64,000 bases of DNA from a virus: positions 1-64,000 of IMG/VR virus record IMGVR_UViG_3300042691_018527, one strand, 5' to 3'. The position numbers were made by a program, and so were the translations under genes. Under the pieces are notes generated by a model, which saw only the letters and a list, made by a program, of their open reading frames with translations, made no database searches and was not told the DNA's origin. Positions 37,646 through 45,267 of the stretch are shown here, in pieces (position 1 is the stretch's first letter; each line of letters starts with the position of its first letter).

Positions 37646-38198
37646 AAAATATATATTGAAATATTTTAGTGAAATTAAACAAATAATAGATTCTATAAAG
37701 ATAGCTGAAATAGATAATTTTATTAACGTAATAAAAAATATAAAACAATCTAATGGTAGACTTTTTGTTTTAGGTGTTGGTGGAAGTGCTGCAAATGCAA
37801 GCCATGCTGTTAATGACTTTAGAAAAATCCTTAATATCGAAACATACGCTGTAACAGATAATGTTTCAGAATTAACGGCTAGAATAAATGACGAATCATG
37901 GGAAGTATCATATTTAAATTGGTTAAAAGGAAGTAAACTTTCATCTAAAGATGCCATTTTGGTTTTTTCTGTTGGTGGTGGATCACAAAACACATCTCAA
38001 AATCTTGTAATGGCAATGAAATATGCTAAAAAGATGAATAGTAAAATACTCTCCGTTGTTAGTAAAGATGGTGGATATGCTAAAAAATTATCAAATGCAT
38101 GTGTATTGATTCCTGTTATTGATGAAAAAAGAACAACCGCACATGCCGAAGAATGGCAAGGAATAATATTGCACTTAGTAGTAAATTATTTTTTATAA
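37635..38198 (+). CDS. gmhA: Phosphoheptose isomerase (GmhA-like SIS domain)
   Basis: LFVLGVGGSAANASH, LTARINDESW, SQNLVMAM..AK, E..Q.IILH. ATG at 37635. Confidence 0.82.
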   Translation: MKTEKYILKYFSEIKQIIDSIKIAEIDNFINVIKNIKQSNGRLFVLGVGGSAANASHAVNDFRKILNIETYAVTDNVSELTARINDESWEVSYLNWLKGSKLSSKDAILVFSVGGGSQNTSQNLVMAMKYAKKMNSKILSVVSKDGGYAKKLSNACVLIPVIDEKRTTAHAEEWQGIILHLVVNYFL

Positions 38199-38203
38199 TA
38201 TAA

Positions 38204-38779
38204 ATGAACAAAGTATTCATAGATTGTGGGTCTAATAAAGGACAAGGGTTTCGTTCATTTATTGAAAAATATAATATAGACGAATCTTGGATAATTGAAT
38301 TATATGAACCAAATCCACTATGTGATTTAAAAAACAATATAGCTGATTTAAATAATTCTTTAAACATATCAATATATGATTGTGCTATATTTGATTACAA
38401 TGGAAAAATAAAATTTTCTCAGTTTTTAGAAAACGACGAAGGTTCATCGGTAAATTGTTTAATGTCAAAAGGTGTATGTAGTGATGTAAATCATCCGTCT
38501 TATAGAAAGCATGACACAATAATAGAAGTTGAATGTAAAGATTTGTCTGATGTATTGAGCAGATATAATAAAAATGATTTCATTGTAGTTAAACTTGACA
38601 TAGAAGGTGCAGAATTTTCAACATTAAGAAAGTTATTAAAAACAAATTCAATTGAAAAAATTAATGACTTATGTGTTGAATGGCACACGGCATATGTAAA
38701 TAACGAAGATGATTCATCATGCAATGAATTAAAAACAAAAATAACAGAAAAAGGAATAAACTTATATGAATGGCATTAA
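38204..38779 (+). CDS. FkbM-family methyltransferase
   Basis: FIDCGSNKGQG, YEPNP, VKLDIEGAEF, VEWH. Confidence 0.85.
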   Translation: MNKVFIDCGSNKGQGFRSFIEKYNIDESWIIELYEPNPLCDLKNNIADLNNSLNISIYDCAIFDYNGKIKFSQFLENDEGSSVNCLMSKGVCSDVNHPSYRKHDTIIEVECKDLSDVLSRYNKNDFIVVKLDIEGAEFSTLRKLLKTNSIEKINDLCVEWHTAYVNNEDDSSCNELKTKITEKGINLYEWH

Positions 38780-39473
38780 TATATACGCAGACACGTCGAA
38801 TATTAAAGAAATATTCGACATATACGAAAACAACAAACACATTACTGGATTTACAACAAATCCAAGTTTAATGAAAAAGGCGGGAATAACTGAGTACATT
38901 CCCTTCATTGAGGAAGTTACTAGTAAAATTTCAGATTTACCATTTTCATTTGAAATTTTTGCCGATGAACTAAATGAAATGGAGTATCAGATTAAAAAGA
39001 TATCCGAGTTTGGACAAAACATATACGTTAAAGTACCAATAACAAACACAAAAGGTGAAAGCACTGTTCCTTTAATTGAAAAAATGTCAAGCGAGGGAAT
39101 TAAAATCAATGTAACTGCTGTTTTTACAAAAAACCAAGTAGAAAATTTACTTAAAGATTTAATTAACACAAGAACACCAATGATAGTTTCTATTTTTGCT
39201 GGAAGAATTGCGGATACTGGTGTTAATCCGTGTCCATTAATTGAAGAAACGTCAAATTTGACTAGACCAACTGGTTTTATTAAAACATTATGGGCTAGTA
39301 CTCGCACTATATATAACGTTTACGAAGCACAAAATTCAAAATGTGATATTATAACCGTTACACCAGACTTAATACCTAAGTTAAATCTTAAAGATAAAAA
39401 TTTAGATGAATTTTCTTTAGAAACTGTTAAAATGTTTTATAACGACGCTATAAACGTTGGTTATAAACTATGA
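38766..39473 (+). CDS. tal: Transaldolase (short TalC type)
   Basis: GFTTNPSL, SFE, YVKVP (Schiff-base Lys), INVTAVF, SIFAGRIAD, LWASTR. Confidence 0.92.
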   Translation: MNGINIYADTSNIKEIFDIYENNKHITGFTTNPSLMKKAGITEYIPFIEEVTSKISDLPFSFEIFADELNEMEYQIKKISEFGQNIYVKVPITNTKGESTVPLIEKMSSEGIKINVTAVFTKNQVENLLKDLINTRTPMIVSIFAGRIADTGVNPCPLIEETSNLTRPTGFIKTLWASTRTIYNVYEAQNSKCDIITVTPDLIPKLNLKDKNLDEFSLETVKMFYNDAINVGYKL

Positions 39474-40453
39474 TATTAAGTAGAACACCTTTAAGAATTA
39501 CATTAGCTGGAGGCGGAACAGATTTACCTAGTTTTTATTCTAAAAATGAAGGATTTGTTGTGTCAATGGCAATCAACAAGTATATTTATTTAACTTTTAA
39601 AGAAGATTTTTTCGAGACAGATTTAAAATTAAGATACTCACACATAGAAATTGTTAAGAGTGTATATGAATTAAAAAACCATAGAGCAAAGGAAGCTCTT
39701 TTATTGCATAATATTAAAGATAGTTGTGAAATTAATTCTTGTGCTGATTTACCCTCAAACACAGGACTCGGTTCATCTGGTAGTTTTTTAGTTGGTTTGT
39801 TAAATTTGGTTAGAGAATACAAAAGATTAAACACAGAACCTAAAATTCTTGCAGATGAAGCATGTGATATTGAAATTAATCGTTTAAATGAACCAGTTGG
39901 TAAACAAGATCAATACATTGCTGCTTTTGGTGGACTTAGAATATTTGAAATAGATAAAAATGGAAACGTTTCAGTTAAAAATTTAGAAATTAATCAAAAC
40001 ACACTCAAAGAATTAATATCAAATACTTGTATTTATTTTTTGAATATTAAAAGAGATGCATCTGAAGTTTTAGTCGATCAAAAAAATTTAAAAGGAAATT
40101 CCGAAGAATTATTAAAAATAATCAAAGAACAAGCATATCAAACAGTTGAATATTTAAAAAATTCAGATCTGGATTCATATGGTAAAATAATGGATGACTA
40201 TTGGAATCTAAAAAAACAGTTATCAAATAAAATATCTGTTCCAATAGTTGATGAAATATATGAAACAGTAAAAAAAGATTTTAATGTTCTTGGAGGAAAA
40301 ATAATAGGTGCTGGTGGTGGTGGTTTTTTAATGTTATATTGCAACAAAAATCATTTAAAACTAGATGAATTTATGAAATCGGCTGGATATTCTAGATTAC
40401 ATTTCAATATAGATAACACAGGTTCTACAATTTTAGGAAATTTTTCTTGTTAA
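39470..40453 (+). CDS. hddA: D-glycero-alpha-D-manno-heptose-7-phosphate kinase (HddA-like GHMP kinase)
   Basis: PLRITLAGGGTDL, PSNTGLGSSG, GKQDQYIAAFGG, GGKIIGAGGGGF. Confidence 0.85.
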   Translation: MILSRTPLRITLAGGGTDLPSFYSKNEGFVVSMAINKYIYLTFKEDFFETDLKLRYSHIEIVKSVYELKNHRAKEALLLHNIKDSCEINSCADLPSNTGLGSSGSFLVGLLNLVREYKRLNTEPKILADEACDIEINRLNEPVGKQDQYIAAFGGLRIFEIDKNGNVSVKNLEINQNTLKELISNTCIYFLNIKRDASEVLVDQKNLKGNSEELLKIIKEQAYQTVEYLKNSDLDSYGKIMDDYWNLKKQLSNKISVPIVDEIYETVKKDFNVLGGKIIGAGGGGFLMLYCNKNHLKLDEFMKSAGYSRLHFNIDNTGSTILGNFSC

Positions 40454-40454
40454 C

Positions 40455-41189
40455 ATGATATATTGCTTTGATTTAGATAATACTTTATGTTTAACTGAAC
40501 ATAAAAAATACGCAGATGCAACACCAATTTTAAATAGAATACAACGAGTAAACGAGTTGTATGATAAAGGTGATTATATAAAGATATACACCGCAAGAGG
40601 AATGACAGAATTCTCTGGTTGTCTTCCTAAAATATTAGACAAATATTGGGTAATAACAAAGAACCAATTAACAAATTGGGGCGTAAAACACCATGAATTG
40701 ATATTAGGAAAACCATCATATGATTTTTTTGTAGACGATAAAGCATGTCACAGTGATTTTTATTTTAAACCTTTGAATAGAACATATGGTGTAATAATAG
40801 GATCTTTTGATGTTATACACCCTGGTTATGTAAAAGCATTTAGAGAAGCAAAGGAACACTGTACACATCTTACAGTTTTTTTACACGAAGACCCATCAAT
40901 TGATCGACCAAATAAAATCAAACCGGTTTTGTCGGTTAAAGAAAGAACAGAAATATTATTGGCAATCAAATATATTGATGATATTATACCATATAAGACA
41001 GAAGAAGAACTTCTATCTTTATTAGAACAAAATTTAGACATGATCAATATTAGATTTGTTGGAGATGATTACGAATTTAAAGATTTTACGGGTAAACATC
41101 TTAATATACCAATACACGTATTAAAAAGAGATCATGGATGGAGTTCAACAAAATATAAGAATTTAATTTATGAACAACTCAAAAAGTAA
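40455..41189 (+). CDS. Fusion of HAD phosphatase and HxGH-type (cytidylyltransferase-like) nucleotidyltransferase
   Basis: N-terminal FDLDNTL, YTARG, GKP..FFVDDK; C-terminal GSFDVIHPGY, ERTEIL, FVGDDY, RDHGWSST. Confidence 0.85.
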   Translation: MIYCFDLDNTLCLTEHKKYADATPILNRIQRVNELYDKGDYIKIYTARGMTEFSGCLPKILDKYWVITKNQLTNWGVKHHELILGKPSYDFFVDDKACHSDFYFKPLNRTYGVIIGSFDVIHPGYVKAFREAKEHCTHLTVFLHEDPSIDRPNKIKPVLSVKERTEILLAIKYIDDIIPYKTEEELLSLLEQNLDMINIRFVGDDYEFKDFTGKHLNIPIHVLKRDHGWSSTKYKNLIYEQLKK

Positions 41190-42078
41190 TATAGTAGTAA
41201 CCGGTGGATGTGGATTTATAGGAAGTCATTTGGTTGATGCGCTAGTAGATGATTATATTGTTTATGTTATTGATGATGAATCAGCAGAAGCAAATGATGT
41301 TTTTTATAAAAATAAAAAAGCAAAATACATAAAAGAAGATATTTGTAATGCTGATAAGCTAAATTCTTCAATATTTAAAAATACAAAAGCTATATTTCAT
41401 TTAGCAGCAGAATCTAGAATTATACCATCAATTGAAAATCCGATAAAAGCAACAATGTCAAATGTTGTCGGTACCACTTCTCTTTTAAATTTATGTAAAA
41501 AATATAATATACAAAAATTTATTTATTCATCAACCTCCGCAGCATATGGATTAAAAGCAGATATACCAACTGATGAAAACAATCAAATTGATTGTTTAAA
41601 TCCTTACTCTGCTACTAAATTTGCTGGAGAAGAAATGATAAGAATGTTTACTAAATTATATAAGGTAGATTCTTGCATTTTTAGATACTTTAACGTGTTT
41701 GGGGAAAGATCACCAACCAAAGGTTTATATGCGCCGGTTGTTGGTATATTCTTAAACCAATATAAGAATAAACAAAAACTCACTGTGGTTGGCACAGGAC
41801 AACAAAAAAGAGATTTTGTACATGTTAGCGATGTTGTTAATGCTAATTTACTAGCATTAAATTATAAAAAAGCATTAAATGGAAATGTTTTTAATATTGG
41901 TAGCGGAAAAAACTACTCAATAAACCAAATAGCAAGAATGGTAGACAAAAATATAAAATATATACCTAGTCGCCAGGGTGAATGTAAAAACACTCTAGCT
42001 GATATTACAAAAGCAAAAAAAATATTGAAATATTCACCAAAAATTGATATAAAAGATTGGATTAAAACACAAAAATAA
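41170..42078 (+). CDS. NAD-dependent sugar epimerase/dehydratase (extended SDR)
   Basis: VTGGCGFIGSH, FHLAA, SSTSAAYG, YSATK, RYFNVFG, RDFVHVSD. Confidence 0.92.
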   Translation: MNNSKSNIVVTGGCGFIGSHLVDALVDDYIVYVIDDESAEANDVFYKNKKAKYIKEDICNADKLNSSIFKNTKAIFHLAAESRIIPSIENPIKATMSNVVGTTSLLNLCKKYNIQKFIYSSTSAAYGLKADIPTDENNQIDCLNPYSATKFAGEEMIRMFTKLYKVDSCIFRYFNVFGERSPTKGLYAPVVGIFLNQYKNKQKLTVVGTGQQKRDFVHVSDVVNANLLALNYKKALNGNVFNIGSGKNYSINQIARMVDKNIKYIPSRQGECKNTLADITKAKKILKYSPKIDIKDWIKTQK

Positions 42079-42084
42079 AGTTAA

Positions 42085-43884
42085 ATGAAAAAAATTATAT
42101 TTAATAATATAAAAATTCAAAATTTTTTGTCTATAGGTGATTCAGTCTTTGAACTAACATTCCAAAACGGGATAAATTTAATAACAGGCGAAAACAAAGA
42201 CAGAGGTGGTAAAAACGGTGTCGGTAAAAGTACTATAGCTGATGCAATTTATTGGAATTTGTTCGGAAATACCATAAGAGAACTTAAAAAAGATAAAATC
42301 CAACACAATAAAAACAATAAAGAGTGTAGAGTTAGTTTAAATTTTTCAGTTGAGACTGAAAAAGAAACTAAAAACTATGAGATAGTAAGAATATTGAACC
42401 CTAGTAAAGTTGAAATACTTTGTGACGGGTCTGATATTACACCTTCTACAATTTTAAAAAGCGATGAGCTTATCAAGAAAATAATAAGTGCAAACGAAGA
42501 AGTATTTAACAACGTTGTATTGATGTCTTCAGACAATACTTTGCCATTTATGGCGCAGAAAAAAGTAGATAAAAGAAAATTTATAGAGGGAATGCTACAA
42601 CTTAATATTTTCAGTGAAATGTTGTCAAAAACAAGATCTGATTATAATGAGACAAAAAAACAAAATGATATAGAGTGTAACAATTTTATTAATTTACAAA
42701 AAAATTTAGAGATTTTTGAACAACAATCTAAATTGGAGAATGAAGATAAAGAAAAAACATTAAAAAATTGGGAATATACGATTGAAACTAACCTTAAAAC
42801 AATTGAAGAGTTAAAAAATAAAAATTTTCCAGATGTCCAAGAAGTAGATGATCAAATAAATAAGCTTGAGACTGAAAAACTTGTAAAATTAAAACAGTTC
42901 TTAAAGAAAACAAATTCTGATAACACTGAAAACAATTCTAAAAAATATACACTAATAGCTGATATTAAAAATTTAAAAAATGAAAAACAAAAAATTTTAG
43001 ATAAAGGGAATGTTTGCCCAACCTGTAATCGAGAATATTGTAAAGATGATATTGAGACAATTAATAATAAAATTGTTGAGCTAAATGGTTTTATAGAAAC
43101 ACATGAATCACAATTGGAAGAAGTGAATAAAAAATATTTAGAGTTTCAAAATAAAATCCAAACAATAGAAGATGGTATTGATAAAGTTGAAGTCAAAATC
43201 AAAGAGCTTAACAAATTTAAACAATCAATTGTAACCAATAAAAATAAAATACATGAGTTAGAAAATCATAACAGGTTAGCTAGTCATCAAATTAAAGAAC
43301 TACAAAACAAAAAAGTCATTTCAAATACAAACATCGAAAGTTACAAGAAACAGATAGAAGAAAAAGAAACACAACTGAAAAAAATAAAAAAAGAATTGTC
43401 AATATTAGAGGATGTTAAATTTATTGTTTCTGAAGAAGGAGTTAAAACATATATTGTTAAAAAAATGATAGATGTTTTGAACTCTAGGTTAAATTTTTAC
43501 TTAAATGAGTTGAACGCACCATGTAAATTTGTTTTTGATGAATTCTTTGAAGAAACAATATACAACAATAGTGGAAACGAATGTTCATATTATAACTTTA
43601 GTGGTGGAGAAAGAAAGAGAATAGATGTTGCAATTCTTTTTATGTTCCAAGATATGTTGAGACTACAATCAAATACTTCGTTTTCTTTGAATATATATGA
43701 TGAATTGTTTGATTCTGCTTTAGATGAAGTTGGTGTGGAAAAAATATTAACTATTTTAAAACAAAAAGTTGAAAAACACCAAGAATCGATTTATATTATA
43801 TCTCACAAGAATAATACAAGAAATTCCGTAGATAATGTTATCTTATTAGAGAAAGTAAACGGAGAAACAAAATTAGCGGCTTGA
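42085..43884 (+). CDS. gp46: Recombination ATPase subunit (Rad50/SbcC-like gp46)
   Basis: NFLSIG, NGVGKST, CPTC hook, FSGGERKRID, DELFDSALD, IISH. Confidence 0.95.
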   Translation: MKKIIFNNIKIQNFLSIGDSVFELTFQNGINLITGENKDRGGKNGVGKSTIADAIYWNLFGNTIRELKKDKIQHNKNNKECRVSLNFSVETEKETKNYEIVRILNPSKVEILCDGSDITPSTILKSDELIKKIISANEEVFNNVVLMSSDNTLPFMAQKKVDKRKFIEGMLQLNIFSEMLSKTRSDYNETKKQNDIECNNFINLQKNLEIFEQQSKLENEDKEKTLKNWEYTIETNLKTIEELKNKNFPDVQEVDDQINKLETEKLVKLKQFLKKTNSDNTENNSKKYTLIADIKNLKNEKQKILDKGNVCPTCNREYCKDDIETINNKIVELNGFIETHESQLEEVNKKYLEFQNKIQTIEDGIDKVEVKIKELNKFKQSIVTNKNKIHELENHNRLASHQIKELQNKKVISNTNIESYKKQIEEKETQLKKIKKELSILEDVKFIVSEEGVKTYIVKKMIDVLNSRLNFYLNELNAPCKFVFDEFFEETIYNNSGNECSYYNFSGGERKRIDVAILFMFQDMLRLQSNTSFSLNIYDELFDSALDEVGVEKILTILKQKVEKHQESIYIISHKNNTRNSVDNVILLEKVNGETKLAA

Positions 43885-43908
43885 ATTAAACACCTTTACA
43901 ATTAAATT
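43881..43908 (+). promoter_or_regulatory. Sigma70-type near-leaderless promoter
   Basis: TTGAAT-N16-TAAATT, 5 nt before ATG 43914. Confidence 0.5.
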
Positions 43909-43913
43909 TTCAT

Positions 43914-45224
43914 ATGGCATTAAAAATAAAAGAAAACAAAGAAGAACTTAAAAATATAGTTTTTGAGTACAAACCATTTGCTGCTGGATTACCTATGTCG
44001 CCACCTGTTTTACCAGCAGGAATGCCAACATACAGTTACGTTGAACTTAAACCAGTACATATCCCAGCACCACCACCGGTTGAAATGCCAGAAGCAAAGC
44101 TTCCAAGAGCATTAAATTACTATGCTGACTATGGTGGATGTGGATTCTGGAGAATGATATGGCCAGAGTTTTTATTGAACTCATACCAGAAGATGTGTAT
44201 TAGTGGACTAACCAGCATGGTATTAGATTTAAGGTTTTACCAAGGCATAAAAGCAATTAGAATGCAACGCCAAGCTACACCAGTACAAAGAAACTTTATT
44301 AAGGAATTACGTAAAGCCAGCAAAGACATGGGCTTTAAATTACTTTATGAAGTAGATGATATTGTTTTTAAAGATGATATCCCCGATTACAATAGATGCA
44401 AAGAAGCGTTTGTATCACAGGAAATAATTGATAGTATATTAGACATCATGGGAATGATGGATGAAATCACGGTCACATGTAAATACATGAAAGAATATTA
44501 TCAATATAAAACTGGTAATAAGAATATCACAATTATTCCAAACTATCCTCCTAAATTTTGGTTAGACAGATTCTACGATAAAGACAGAATTGAAAAATTA
44601 TACGAGAAGAATAAGAAACGTCCTAGAATTTTATACTCTGGTTCCGGTACACACATTGACGTATTAAATAAAACTGGCTTGAAGGATGATTTTGAGCATG
44701 TAACCGAAGCAATTATCAAAGCTAGAAAGAAATTTAAATTTGTTTGGAAGGGATGTTATCCACTTGCAATAAAACCATACATCGATAACGGAGAAATGGA
44801 ATATATTGACTGGTCAGCATTACCAAACTACCCACAAGGACTTGTTGATACTAATTGTAATGCTGTTTTTGCACCTTTACAAGACAACGTGTTCAATAAA
44901 TCAAAGAGTAATATCAAGATGGTCGAAGCTGGTGGATTGGGATTACCCGGAGCATATCAAGACCTCTGTACATACGAAGAAGCAGAGCTAAAATTCAAGA
45001 CTGGCGATGAGTTAATCGATCACTTATCATATATCACAAAAGATTTTGATAGATACATGGATCTTTCTCAAAAATCTAGAGAATTTACAGAAAAACTTTG
45101 GATGGAAGACCATCTGAATGAATACGAGGCGTTGTATAATACTGATTTTGGGTCAAAGGAAAGAAAAGAAATGGCACCAAGATTAATAGAAAACAATCCA
45201 GATCAAGATTTCGAAAAAAAATAA
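43914..45224 (+). CDS. GT-B-fold glycosyltransferase-like protein
   Basis: GCGFWRM, MQRQ, YEVDD, ITVT, IPNY, APLQDNVFNKSKSNIKMVE. Confidence 0.75.
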   Translation: MALKIKENKEELKNIVFEYKPFAAGLPMSPPVLPAGMPTYSYVELKPVHIPAPPPVEMPEAKLPRALNYYADYGGCGFWRMIWPEFLLNSYQKMCISGLTSMVLDLRFYQGIKAIRMQRQATPVQRNFIKELRKASKDMGFKLLYEVDDIVFKDDIPDYNRCKEAFVSQEIIDSILDIMGMMDEITVTCKYMKEYYQYKTGNKNITIIPNYPPKFWLDRFYDKDRIEKLYEKNKKRPRILYSGSGTHIDVLNKTGLKDDFEHVTEAIIKARKKFKFVWKGCYPLAIKPYIDNGEMEYIDWSALPNYPQGLVDTNCNAVFAPLQDNVFNKSKSNIKMVEAGGLGLPGAYQDLCTYEEAELKFKTGDELIDHLSYITKDFDRYMDLSQKSREFTEKLWMEDHLNEYEALYNTDFGSKERKEMAPRLIENNPDQDFEKK

Positions 45225-45231
45225 TTTCAAC

Positions 45232-45260
45232 TTGCTTTTTATTTCAACATAACCCATAAT
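45232..45260 (+). promoter_or_regulatory. Sigma70-type near-leaderless promoter for DNA polymerase
   Basis: TTGCTT-N17-CATAAT, 7 nt before ATG 45268. Confidence 0.6.
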
Positions 45261-45267
45261 ATAGAGT

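Noticed and set aside
38766-39473. Transaldolase as evidence for a cyanophage
   Set aside because: Context is heptose synthesis and no photosynthesis genes occur in the window; the host cannot be assigned from this.
26466-42078. Glycan island as host chromosomal contamination or a prophage boundary
   Set aside because: It overlaps gp47 and abuts gp46, has similar AT-richness and the same promoter style, and shows no integrase, att site or transposase.
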